From: Dehalococcoidia bacterium | GTDB lineage: Bacteria > Chloroflexota > Dehalococcoidia > Lucifugimonadales > Australimonadaceae | Assembly (NCBI GenBank): GCA_034422595.1 | Contig: DAOUJO010000007.1 | Span: 212,040-276,039 of the forward strand | Direction of reading: 5' to 3' | Length of the DNA: 64,000 bases | Shown: positions 32,017 through 40,958 of the stretch, one piece after another | How the letters are laid out: the number at the start of each line of letters is the position of its first letter | How positions within the stretch are numbered: position 1 is the first letter of the stretch | The notes under the pieces: generated by a model | The model's database searches: none | Told to the model about the DNA's origin: nothing | Seen by the model: the letters and a program-made list of their open reading frames with translations, nothing else | Program-made: the position numbers and the translations under genes

Positions 32017-32107
32017 TAATGCACAGCATTTCCCCCGGAACTTTCGCTGGCGCGCCGGTTTTGCTAGCCTCACACGCAGGCAGACACCAGATGCCACGGA
32101 GGAACGG

Positions 32108-33118
32108 ATGGCCACAACAGCAGGGACCGCGCAGGAGGAGTTGGCGCAGCTGACGCCGGAGGAGCTCTACGCCCTCTACATGGAGAAGCAGGTGAACTTC
32201 GGGCGCGCCGCGCTCGCGCTCGACAAGCGCAGGAAGCTGGGCCGCGTCCACGTCCCCGCCGAGGAGGCCGACGTACCGAACGCCGGGCCGAACCAGCGCA
32301 TGATCGTGGGGCCGGAGCTCGGCTTCAACGTCCACAACCTGCACGTCTTCACCTCGGGGCGCGCGGGCGGCTCGGAGCGCTACCACACCCACGGCGACGC
32401 GCTCAAGTTCTACGTCAAGGGCGGCGGACAGGAGCTCATCGAGGACGTGCGCTTCGACGTGAAGGTCGGCGACTTCTGCCACATCCCCGCAAACATCTGG
32501 CACGGCACCGAGAACCCGCACCCGGAACCGCTCGTCTTCCTCGCCGCGCAGCAGTTCCCCGGCACATACCGGCAGGTGCCGACGCCGTTCGTCCACCTCA
32601 CCGCGCCCCACAAGGCACCGGAGGTGAGCGACCTCTCGGACGAGGAGCTGGCAAAGCTGGAGCCGTGGCCGCTATACCTCCGCTACCTGGAGGAGCAGAT
32701 GGCGTTCGGGCGCATCGCGATGGAGATGCAGCGCAGGCGCGAGCAGAAGCGCCTCCACGTCCCGGCGGAGGAGGCGCCCATCATGGAGTGGGGCCCCGGC
32801 AGGCACCACGTCATATCGCCGGAGCTCGGCTTCGACATCTACTCGTTCCAACTGTTCATGGAGAACGTCCCCGCGCACACGGAGAACGGCGCGCCCCAGA
32901 CCTCCGGCGACGCCGTCCGCTACTACATCAGCGGCGAGGGCGTCGAGATCATCGGCGAGGAGCGCGTCCGCGTGCGCGCGGGCGACTTCACCTGCATCCC
33001 CGCAGGAACCCGCCACGAGACGACGAACGCGCACGACGAGGACCTGCGCTTCATCTGCTGGCAGCAGATACCAGGCACCTACGTGCAGGTGCACTTGCCC
33101 GTCCTGCCCGTGGAGTAA
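32108..33118 (+). CDS. Bicupin protein (gentisate/quercetin dioxygenase-like fold)
   Basis: ATG 32108 after GGAGGA. There are two internally homologous halves (LGRVHVPAEEA... / KRLHVPAEEA...). The first cupin has HTHGD...H metal ligands; the second is degenerate (QTSGD). Confidence 0.7.
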   Translation: MATTAGTAQEELAQLTPEELYALYMEKQVNFGRAALALDKRRKLGRVHVPAEEADVPNAGPNQRMIVGPELGFNVHNLHVFTSGRAGGSERYHTHGDALKFYVKGGGQELIEDVRFDVKVGDFCHIPANIWHGTENPHPEPLVFLAAQQFPGTYRQVPTPFVHLTAPHKAPEVSDLSDEELAKLEPWPLYLRYLEEQMAFGRIAMEMQRRREQKRLHVPAEEAPIMEWGPGRHHVISPELGFDIYSFQLFMENVPAHTENGAPQTSGDAVRYYISGEGVEIIGEERVRVRAGDFTCIPAGTRHETTNAHDEDLRFICWQQIPGTYVQVHLPVLPVE

Positions 33119-33120
33119 CC

Positions 33121-35286
33121 ATGACCACCTACCGCGGCCAGGGCATGGCGCGCATGGAGGACGAGCGGCTGCTGCGCGGCGGCGGTACGTTCGTCGACGA
33201 CATCCAGCTCGACGGGATGCTCCACGCCGCCGTGCTCCGCAGCACCGAGCCGCACGCCCGCATCCGCTCCGTCGACACCGCCGCCGCGATCGCGAGTCCG
33301 GGCGTCGCCGTTGTCTACACCGGTGCAGACCTGGACGGCGTCGTGCCCGACATCGGCGCGATACGGCGCGAGGGCATGGGGGAGACGCCCGTCCCCGAGC
33401 ACCCCGTGCTGGCGAAGGGCCGCGTCTGCTACGTCGGCCAGCCCGTCGCCATCGTCGTGGCCTCGACCCGGTCGCAGGCCTTCGACGCGCGCGACCGCAT
33501 CGCCGTCGACTACGAGCCGCTCCCGCCCCTGCTCGACCCGCGCGAGTCGGCATCGGACGCCAGCCCGCTGCACCCGGACATCGGCACGAACGTCGTGATG
33601 CGCACCGAGGCGGGCGAAGGCAACGTCGCCGAGGCGTTCGAGAACGCCGACGCGATCGTCGAGGCCTCGTACGAGATACCCCGCCTCGTCGCGATGCCGA
33701 TGGAGACCCGGGGCATCGTCGTCGCGCCGGACGCGGCGAGCGGTCGGGTCACCGTCTGGACGTCGACGCAGGTGCCGCACCGCGTCAAGACGTTCCTCGC
33801 GATGCTCCTCCCCGGCGACCTGGACATGCGCGTCATCACGCCGGACGTGGGCGGAGGCTTCGGGCGCAAGATCGAGGTCTGGCCGGAGGAGGTTGCGGCG
33901 GCGTACGCGGCGGTCCAGCTCGGCGCGCCGGTCAAGTGGACGGAGCAGCGCTCGGAGAGCACGCTCGCGTCGCACGGTCGCGGCTTCACGGCTGACGTGG
34001 AGGCCGCCGTGCGCGCGGACGGCACGATGCTCGGCGTCCGCATCCGCATGCTGGCCGACATGGGCGCGTACTTCCTCACGTCCAGCGGCGGGCCGCTCGG
34101 CAACGCCGTGCAGCGCGTCGCCGGGCCGTACGCCATCCCCGCGATGGACGTCGAGTGTCTCGGCGTGACGACGAACCGCCCGCCCACCGGCCCCTACCGC
34201 GGCGCAGGCGGGCCCGAGGCCGCCGTGCCCATCGAGCGCATCATGGACGACGCCGCGCGCACGCTCGGGATGGACCCCGCCGAGATACGGCGACGCAACT
34301 TCATCCCCACCGACGCATTCCCCTACCGGACGGCCACCGGCCTCGAGTACGACTCCGGCGACTTCCACACCGCGTTCGACCGCGCGCTCGGCATGGCCGG
34401 GTACGCCGGTCTGCGCGAGCGGCAGGCGTCTGAGCGCGGCCCATTCCGCACCGGCATCGGCGTTGCCACGGTCACGAAGGCGTCCGGGGGCAAGGCGAAC
34501 GTGCGCAAGAGCCTCGCCCGCGTCGAGGTGAAGCCGGACGGGCGCGTCGTCATCGTCACGGACGTGTCGCCGCACGGACAGGGCACGGCCACGTCGTTCT
34601 CCCAGATCGCGGCCGACACGCTCGGTGTGGCGCCGGAGATGGTCGAGCTGCACCACGGCGACACCGACGAACTCGCGTCGGGCGGCGGCACCACGTCGAG
34701 CCGCGGCCTCGCGGTCGGCGGCAACGCGGCCTACGTGGCGCTGCGGGAGGTGAAGCGCCGGTTGGAAGCCGCGGGCGGGCGCATCCCCGCGAACGGCATC
34801 ACCGTGGAGCTGGAGTGGGAGCTGCCCGCCAACCCGTTCGGCTTCGCCGCGCACGTCGCGGTCGTGGAACTGGACGAGGGCACCGGCGACGTGCGCCTCA
34901 CCGACTACGCGGCGGTCCACGACTGCGGGCCGATGATCAACCCGGTCATCGTGCGCGGGCAGATACAGGGCGGCATCGCGCAGGGCATCGGCCAGGCGCT
35001 GAGCGAGGGGATGCTCTACACGGCGGCGGGCCAGCCGCAGACCGCCAGCTTCATGACCTACGGCATCCCCATCGCGGAGTCGCTGCCCTCATTCGCGCTG
35101 GAGAACCAGCAGACGCCGTCGCCGACCAACCCGCTGGGCATCAAGGGCATCGGCGAACTGCCGACGGTCGCTGCGCCGGTGGCGGTCACGAACGCCGTCG
35201 CGGACGCGCTCGCCCGCTCCGGTGCGGACGTGAGCGGCGTCGACATGCCGCTCCTCACCGAGCGCGTCTGGCGCGCCCTGGGGTAG
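33121..35286 (+). CDS. Molybdopterin-binding subunit of the xanthine dehydrogenase/aldehyde oxidase/CoxL family (no adjacent FeS/FAD subunits)
   Basis: ATG 33121, 721 aa. The N-terminus RMEDERLLRGGGTFVDDIQLDGMLHAAVLRS and the C-terminus GIKGIGELPTVAAPVAVTNAV are typical of the family. Confidence 0.85.
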   Translation: MTTYRGQGMARMEDERLLRGGGTFVDDIQLDGMLHAAVLRSTEPHARIRSVDTAAAIASPGVAVVYTGADLDGVVPDIGAIRREGMGETPVPEHPVLAKGRVCYVGQPVAIVVASTRSQAFDARDRIAVDYEPLPPLLDPRESASDASPLHPDIGTNVVMRTEAGEGNVAEAFENADAIVEASYEIPRLVAMPMETRGIVVAPDAASGRVTVWTSTQVPHRVKTFLAMLLPGDLDMRVITPDVGGGFGRKIEVWPEEVAAAYAAVQLGAPVKWTEQRSESTLASHGRGFTADVEAAVRADGTMLGVRIRMLADMGAYFLTSSGGPLGNAVQRVAGPYAIPAMDVECLGVTTNRPPTGPYRGAGGPEAAVPIERIMDDAARTLGMDPAEIRRRNFIPTDAFPYRTATGLEYDSGDFHTAFDRALGMAGYAGLRERQASERGPFRTGIGVATVTKASGGKANVRKSLARVEVKPDGRVVIVTDVSPHGQGTATSFSQIAADTLGVAPEMVELHHGDTDELASGGGTTSSRGLAVGGNAAYVALREVKRRLEAAGGRIPANGITVELEWELPANPFGFAAHVAVVELDEGTGDVRLTDYAAVHDCGPMINPVIVRGQIQGGIAQGIGQALSEGMLYTAAGQPQTASFMTYGIPIAESLPSFALENQQTPSPTNPLGIKGIGELPTVAAPVAVTNAVADALARSGADVSGVDMPLLTERVWRALG

Positions 35287-35290
35287 CAGT

Positions 35291-35316
35291 GGCGGGCGCC
35301 CAAAGGGACGCCCGCC
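35291..35316. terminator. GC-rich hairpin between convergent genes (possible bidirectional terminator, no U-tract)
   Basis: GGCGGGCG-CCCAAAGGGA-CGCCCGCC: an 8-bp perfect stem plus a possible CCC/GGG extension. Confidence 0.4.
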
Positions 35317-35336
35317 GGTAGCGTTATCGCTGAGAC

Positions 35337-35798
35337 TTACTTCGCGCCGAAGAACTTGCCCTCGATCTCCACGGGGTCGACGTGGAAGTTCTCGGCGGAG
35401 TCGGCGGGGATGGCGTTGCCGTCCGGCTTCACCCGCGTTTGGATGCCTCCGCTGGTGTCCATCTGTGCGCCGACGCGCAGCATGAAGAGGTTCCGCCCGC
35501 CGGTGTTCAGGTACCGGTAGTAGGCGCCCTTCGGGATCATGATGCCCTCGTACTCGCCGAGCACCTTCCCGTTGCCCTTGTCGTCGAAGAACGTGACCTC
35601 GCCTTCCAGGATGACGAACGCATGGTCCTCGTCCGTGTGGGCGTGCACCGCGTTCTCGCCGCCCTCCGCGTTGACCTTGAAGCTCAGCCAGAGCAGGTCG
35701 GTGCGGGCAAGGTCGATGTTCGTGCGTCCTGCCGACAGGTACGGGCCCTTGATGGCGAACGTGGACGTCTGGGGCGTCGTCTGCGTCTCGGTGGTCAT
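35337..35798 (-). CDS. Cupin-domain protein
   Basis: 153 aa. Cupin motifs GENAVHAHTDEDHAFVILEG and GIMIPKGAYYRY. Confidence 0.7.
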   Translation of the reverse strand: MTTETQTTPQTSTFAIKGPYLSAGRTNIDLARTDLLWLSFKVNAEGGENAVHAHTDEDHAFVILEGEVTFFDDKGNGKVLGEYEGIMIPKGAYYRYLNTGGRNLFMLRVGAQMDTSGGIQTRVKPDGNAIPADSAENFHVDPVEIEGKFFGAK

Positions 35799-35849
35799 GG
35801 CATCCTCCCTCGTTCTGTGTGGCGCTATCTTACTCCGTCTGGCAAGCCC

Positions 35850-37376
35850 TTACCCAACCAGTCCCTTCACGATGTCTGAGAGGCGCTCGCCGATCATGAT
35901 GGACGTGACGTTGGTGTTCGCGTGCGGGATGGTCGGCATGATGGACGCGTCCGCCACGTACAGGTTGTCGATCCCGTGCACCTTCAGGTTGGCGTCCACG
36001 ACGGCCATGGGGTCGGACGCCGGGCCCATCTTGCAGGTGCCAATGCCGTGGTGGTAGCTGCCGTGCGCGCTGCGGGCGAACTCGCCCCAGTCCTCGTCGC
36101 GCGTCGGCGAGATGAGCGGGCCGTAGAACTCCCGCATCGATTCGTCCTGAACGAGCTCGTAGATGAACTCCATCGCCGTGAGCATCGCCTTCAGGTCGTC
36201 CGGGTGGCGCAGCATCGCGTCCTCGATCTCCGGCAGGTCCTCGGGGTCCGTGCTCACGAGGCGGATGCGGCCCCTGTCCCGTTGCTCCAGCAGGTTGGCC
36301 GACACGGGCCACATGGTCTTCAAGCCCTCCACCACTGTCGGCGGGCGCTGGAAGATGTGGAAGTCGCCGTCCGGCCTGTTCGGGTCGCTCTTGTACATCA
36401 GGCGGAAGCGCGGGATGACCCAGTCCGGGTTGAAGTCGCTGTTCCCCTCGAACGTCATCTCTATCGTGGCGTGGTCCTGGTAGTTCCCGCCCACGCCCTC
36501 CAACGCCTGAACGACGGGGATGCCGTGGCGTTCCAGCTCGCCCGCCGGGCCGATGCCGGAGAGCATGAGGATCTGGGGGCTGTGGTAGACGCCCGCGCAG
36601 AGCACGACGACGTCCGCCGCCACCGTGCTCACCTCGCCCTCGTGCTTGTAGACGACGCCGTTGACGCGGCCGTTCGCGATGGAGAGCGACTGCACCTGCG
36701 CGTCGGCGATGACGTCCAGGTTCGGGCGTCCCCGCGCGGGGTCGAGGTACGCGACCGTCGTGTTCTGCCGCACGCCGTCCTTGACGTTGTACGCCGAACT
36801 GCAGATGCCGTACGGGTCCGGCACGTTCAGGTCAGGGCACATGGGCAGCCCCATGCTCAGGGCGCGGGCGATGAACGCGCGCACCGGCGCGTCCGCGCTC
36901 TCCTCCTCGTCCACCCTGAAGGCCCGGTAGACGTAGAGCGGCCCGTCCTCTCCATGGATGTCGTTGCCGCCATAGTCCGAGTCCGTTTCGATCCTCCGGA
37001 GGAGGGGCAGGCACTCGTCGAACGACCAGCCGGGGTTGCCGAGCCCGGCCCACGTATCGAGGTCGTGCTTCGTGGGGCGGACGACGGCCATCGCGTTGAC
37101 GGACGAGCCGCCGCCCATCACGCGGCCGCTCACCTTGTAGAACGTGCTGCCGTCGCCTGCGCGGGGCGTGGGGTAGAGCATGACATACGGCGACTCGAGC
37201 ACGACGCGCGCCACCCGGCTCCCGTCGGCAATCTCCTCCGGGATGGGATTAGGGTCGGGGCCGGCTTCGAGCAGCAGCACCTCTCTGTCCGCATCCTCGC
37301 TCAGCCGGGCGGCGGCGGCGCATCCCGCCGAGCCTCCGCCTATCACAACGACGTCGTAGGAACGTTTCGCCTGCAC
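35850..37376 (-). CDS. GMC-family FAD oxidoreductase (choline/alcohol dehydrogenase-like)
   Basis: YDVVVIGGGSAGCAAAARLSED at the N-terminus. C-terminal HHGIGTCKMG active-site region. Confidence 0.85.
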   Translation of the reverse strand: MQAKRSYDVVVIGGGSAGCAAAARLSEDADREVLLLEAGPDPNPIPEEIADGSRVARVVLESPYVMLYPTPRAGDGSTFYKVSGRVMGGGSSVNAMAVVRPTKHDLDTWAGLGNPGWSFDECLPLLRRIETDSDYGGNDIHGEDGPLYVYRAFRVDEEESADAPVRAFIARALSMGLPMCPDLNVPDPYGICSSAYNVKDGVRQNTTVAYLDPARGRPNLDVIADAQVQSLSIANGRVNGVVYKHEGEVSTVAADVVVLCAGVYHSPQILMLSGIGPAGELERHGIPVVQALEGVGGNYQDHATIEMTFEGNSDFNPDWVIPRFRLMYKSDPNRPDGDFHIFQRPPTVVEGLKTMWPVSANLLEQRDRGRIRLVSTDPEDLPEIEDAMLRHPDDLKAMLTAMEFIYELVQDESMREFYGPLISPTRDEDWGEFARSAHGSYHHGIGTCKMGPASDPMAVVDANLKVHGIDNLYVADASIMPTIPHANTNVTSIMIGERLSDIVKGLVG

Positions 37377-37387
37377 TCAGCGCCTCC

Positions 37388-37837
37388 TCAAGCCGGGACT
37401 TCGACCTTCTTCCGCAAGCGGTTGAAGAACTCCTCGATCACCTGCACGCCGGTCGCCCGCAGGATCATGTCGCCGACGATGCCCAAGCGGCCCTTGATGT
37501 TCACCTCGGCCACGTATGCCAGCTCGGTGGCGGACCCGTCCGGAGCGAGGGTCATCGTGATGTCCGAGGTCATCGTGCTCTTCGTCAGCGAGTCCTCACC
37601 CTCCACGTGCGCGGTCAGGCTCACGTGGGGGTCCACGTCCACGATCTGCGAGCGGAACCTGATGTCGCCCGCGACCGGCCCGACCTTCGCGCTCATGCCG
37701 CCCTCGAACGTCCGGTCGTCTATCTTCACGAGGTCCTGCATGCCGGGCATACAGTCCGCGAACTGCTCTATATCGAGCACCACGTCCCAGACCGTCTCGG
37801 CCGTGGCCTGCAGCGACACCTTTCCCTGGTACTTCAT
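37388..37837 (-). CDS. CoxG/SRPBCC-family protein
   Basis: Internal ATG 37837 with GAAAGGGG RBS. The 86 upstream codons of the ORF are rejected. The MKYQGKVSLQATAETVWDVVLDIEQFADCMPG start parallels the CoxG-like gene at 1235. Confidence 0.65.
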   Translation of the reverse strand: MKYQGKVSLQATAETVWDVVLDIEQFADCMPGMQDLVKIDDRTFEGGMSAKVGPVAGDIRFRSQIVDVDPHVSLTAHVEGEDSLTKSTMTSDITMTLAPDGSATELAYVAEVNIKGRLGIVGDMILRATGVQVIEEFFNRLRKKVEVPA

Positions 37838-37965
37838 CCCGCCCCTTTCACGGATGGATTGCGCACCGGAGACTATCGCAAGCGGCCCCCGCGCACAAAC
37901 GAAGACCACCCCGCCCGCAGGCGAGGTGGTCTGTTTCACGATGACGTTCGAGCCGTGTGGACGTC

Positions 37966-38601
37966 CTAGTCCTCCGGGAACATCTCCACTTCCCGCTGGA
38001 CCGGGCCGAGGCCCTCCCAGTACGCTCCCGTCTCGAGGTTGTAGCGGCCCTGCATGAAGTCGCCGGACTTCTGGCTGCGGATGATGACCGCACACGTCTG
38101 CTCGCCGAGGCTGCGCTCCGCGTGGATCTCGTACGGGCGCACCAGGTCGACGCAGCCCGGCTCGACCTTGAAGTTGCCGACCTCCTCGATGGGCACGTAG
38201 TCGTCACGGCGCTCGGCGCCCTCGACGGCGCGGTAGCGCTCGATCATCTCATGGCCCACGAGTACGCCGTAGAGCGTGTAGATATGCGCGTGGTCGTGGA
38301 TGCCGCGCCAGCCCGGATACTTCGGAGGCTCGACGGGCCTCCCGGTCGGCTCGCGCTTCAGCGCGTTGACCACGAAACCGTAGTCCGGGTCTTCGTAGAA
38401 GAGCAGGTTCTCCGCGCGGTCGGTGAAAACATTCACCGGCCACTTGGCCGACGCTTCCTGCACGGTGGGGTCCGCGAGGAACTCCTGCAGCACCGGCGTC
38501 AGCGCGACCCAGCGCTTCTCGAGGTCCGGCTCGCTGGCGAACAGCTCGCGCGTCTGCTTGATGAACCTGTCTAGGGCCGTCTCAGTCGTTACCGTGGTCA
38601 T
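37966..38601 (-). CDS. Cupin-fold protein, cysteine-dioxygenase-type-I-like
   Basis: ATG 38601 after GGAGAAAGAGGAG. His cluster GIHDHAHIYTLYGVLVGHE, with a later HAE. The family call is tentative. Confidence 0.45.
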   Translation of the reverse strand: MTTVTTETALDRFIKQTRELFASEPDLEKRWVALTPVLQEFLADPTVQEASAKWPVNVFTDRAENLLFYEDPDYGFVVNALKREPTGRPVEPPKYPGWRGIHDHAHIYTLYGVLVGHEMIERYRAVEGAERRDDYVPIEEVGNFKVEPGCVDLVRPYEIHAERSLGEQTCAVIIRSQKSGDFMQGRYNLETGAYWEGLGPVQREVEMFPED

Positions 38602-38621
38602 GGCTTCTCCTCTTTCTCCGG

Positions 38622-39773
38622 CTAAGCGTTGGCCGGAACTTCCGCGAGGTTGTAGAGGCTGGCGCAATTATCCCAGAGGATCTTCCTCTTGTCCTCATCC
38701 GGTATGCCGAGTTCGAGGAAACTCGACACCGCGTCCGGGTACTTGGAGTCCCCGTGCGGGTAGTCCGTCGAGAACACCATCTTGTCGCTGCCGACCCAGT
38801 CGATGGCGTACTTCGCGGGCTCCTCGTCCGGCTCGACGGATATCCAGCACTGCCGCTTGAAGTACTCCGTCGGCGCCATCTTGAGTTCGGGAACGAATAC
38901 GTCCGCTTCCCGCTCGTACGCCTCGTCCAGCCGCCAGAGCAGCCACGGCGCCCACGCGCAGTTCGCCTCCAGGAAGGCGGCCCGCAGCTTCGGGTGACGC
39001 TCCAGCACGCCCCCGCCGCAGAAGCTGGCGAGCGCCATCATCTGCTCGACGGGCTGCGCGAACACCCGGCGCAACATGAAGTTGGGTTCGAAGTGCTGGC
39101 CCACCTGCCGCGCGCCGGACGACGACGACTCGTGGAACCCGATGGCGACGTCGTACTCCTCGAGCACGCTCCACAGGGGGTCGTAGTACGGGTCGTGCCA
39201 GGTCTTGTCGGTCATCTGGTTGGAGCGCATGAACACCGCCCGGAAGCCGAGCTCCTTCACGGCGCGCTCAACCTCGGTAACGGCATCCTCAACGTCGAAC
39301 GGCGAGACCATCGCCGCGCCGAGAAGCCTGTCCGGCGCCGGGGCGCAGAAGTCGTACATCCAGTCGTTGTACGCCCGCGCTATCGCCGCGGCGAACGGTG
39401 GGTCCATGAACGGCTCGGCCAGTGTGTGCAGCCCGCGGGTGGGGAAGAGCACCGCGATGTCGAGCCCTTCCACGTCCATCGCCTCCAGCTGCACCTCGGT
39501 GGACCACCCACGGGCGGCATGGCTCTCGTAGAGCTTCTGGTTCCGCTCGTAGTTGTGCCCGCCCGCCTGGTTGGGGTTGCGCGACCGCACGCCCGTCGTA
39601 GTGCCCCACGGCGTGCCGTCCGGGTGGACCGTACGGAGGTCGCGGACGTTCTCGGAGAGAACGCCAACCTGCGCGTAGTCGCGGTACTTCTTGTCCGTGT
39701 ACCGCTGCCACAGGTCCGGCGGCTCCATGATGTGCATGTCGCTGTCGATGATCCTGAACCCACCCTTGGCCAT
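38622..39773 (-). CDS. Amidohydrolase-2 family protein (tandem paralogue A)
   Basis: IIDSDMHIMEPPDLW metal motif and STDYPHGDS near the C-terminus. Nearly identical to the next gene. Confidence 0.8.
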   Translation of the reverse strand: MAKGGFRIIDSDMHIMEPPDLWQRYTDKKYRDYAQVGVLSENVRDLRTVHPDGTPWGTTTGVRSRNPNQAGGHNYERNQKLYESHAARGWSTEVQLEAMDVEGLDIAVLFPTRGLHTLAEPFMDPPFAAAIARAYNDWMYDFCAPAPDRLLGAAMVSPFDVEDAVTEVERAVKELGFRAVFMRSNQMTDKTWHDPYYDPLWSVLEEYDVAIGFHESSSSGARQVGQHFEPNFMLRRVFAQPVEQMMALASFCGGGVLERHPKLRAAFLEANCAWAPWLLWRLDEAYEREADVFVPELKMAPTEYFKRQCWISVEPDEEPAKYAIDWVGSDKMVFSTDYPHGDSKYPDAVSSFLELGIPDEDKRKILWDNCASLYNLAEVPANA

Positions 39774-39799
39774 CGCCGTCCTCCTGTCTCTCTACTTGT

Positions 39800-40948
39800 C
39801 TAAACGCTGGCTGGGACTTCCGCGAGCTTGTAGAGGCTGGCGCAATTGTCCCAGAGTATCTTCTTCTTGTCCTCATCGGGAAGCGCGAGTTCGATGAAGC
39901 TGGATACCGCGTAGGGGTATTTCGAGTCCCCGTGCGGGTAGTCCGTCGAGAAGACCATCTTGTCGCTGCCGACCCAGTCGATGGCGTACTTCGCGGGCTC
40001 CTCGTCCGGCTCGACCGATATCCAGCACTGCCGCTTGAAGTACTCCGTCGGCGCCATGCTGAGTTCGGGAACGAATACGTCAGCCTCGCGCTCGTACCCC
40101 TCGTCCAGCCGCCAGAGCAGCCACGGCGCCCATGCGCAGTTCGCCTCCAGAAAGGCTGCCCGCAGCCTGGGGTGGCGCTCCAGCACGCCTCCGCCGCAGA
40201 AGCTGGCGAGCGCCATCATCTGCTCGACAGGCTGCGCGAACACGCGGCGCAGCATGGTGTTCGACCCGAAGTGGTCGCCCGCCTGCTTCGCGCCCGACGA
40301 TGAAGCCTCGTGGAACCCTATGGGGATGTCGTACTCCTCGAGCGCGCTCCACAGCGGGTCATAGAACGGGTCGTGCCAGGGTTTGTCCGTCATCTGGTTG
40401 GAGCGCATGAAGACGGTGCGGAAACCCAGCTCCTTCACCGCCCGCTCGACCTCGGCGACGGCGTCGTCCATGTCGAACGGCGAGACCATCGCCGCGCCGA
40501 TGAGCCGGTCCGGCGCCGGAGCGCAGAAGTCGTACATCCAATCGTTGTAGGCCCGCGCCAGCGCCGCCGCGAACGGCGGGTCCATGAACGGCTCGGCCAG
40601 CGTGTGCAACCCGCGCGTGGGGAAGAGCACCGCGACGTCCAGCCCTTCCACGTCCATCGCCTCCAGCTGCACCTCGGTGGACCAGCCGCGCTCCGCGTGA
40701 GTGACGTAGAGCTTCTGATTGCGCTCGTAGTTGTGGCCGCCCGCCTGGCTCGGTCTGCTCGCGGCGCGCACAGGCGCTCCCCAAGGTCTGCCATCCGGAT
40801 GGACCGTACGGAGGTCGCGCACGTTGTCCGACGTCACGCCCACCTGGGCGTGGTCGCGGTACTTCTTGTCCGTGTACCGCTGCCACAGGTCCGGCGGCTC
40901 CATGATGTGCATGTCGCTGTCGATGATCCTGAATCCACCCTTGGCCAT
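39800..40948 (-). CDS. Amidohydrolase-2 family protein (tandem paralogue B)
   Basis: Same motifs as paralogue A. Most residues are identical to 38622..39773, including the first 32 aa apart from one change. Confidence 0.8.
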   Translation of the reverse strand: MAKGGFRIIDSDMHIMEPPDLWQRYTDKKYRDHAQVGVTSDNVRDLRTVHPDGRPWGAPVRAASRPSQAGGHNYERNQKLYVTHAERGWSTEVQLEAMDVEGLDVAVLFPTRGLHTLAEPFMDPPFAAALARAYNDWMYDFCAPAPDRLIGAAMVSPFDMDDAVAEVERAVKELGFRTVFMRSNQMTDKPWHDPFYDPLWSALEEYDIPIGFHEASSSGAKQAGDHFGSNTMLRRVFAQPVEQMMALASFCGGGVLERHPRLRAAFLEANCAWAPWLLWRLDEGYEREADVFVPELSMAPTEYFKRQCWISVEPDEEPAKYAIDWVGSDKMVFSTDYPHGDSKYPYAVSSFIELALPDEDKKKILWDNCASLYKLAEVPASV

Positions 40949-40958
40949 CGCCGCTCTC

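Noticed and set aside
30556-32107. Retron hypothesis (NDT-like effector plus structured non-coding DNA with inverted repeats)
   Set aside because: Type II retrons pair an NDT-like effector with a reverse transcriptase. No RT-sized ORF or YxDD-type motif is present in any frame of the island or the adjacent genes. The resemblance is kept only as a comparison for the effector domain.
31901-32107. 69-codon N-terminal extension of the bicupin ORF covering the ATGAGCGG array (reads …SGNELRMSGFEQLNRSSEG…MSGNAQ…)
   Set aside because: The motif periodicity is 10-11 nt, not a multiple of 3. A GGAGGA RBS precedes the internal ATG at 32108. The related array at 56.7 kb is in the opposite orientation and non-coding.
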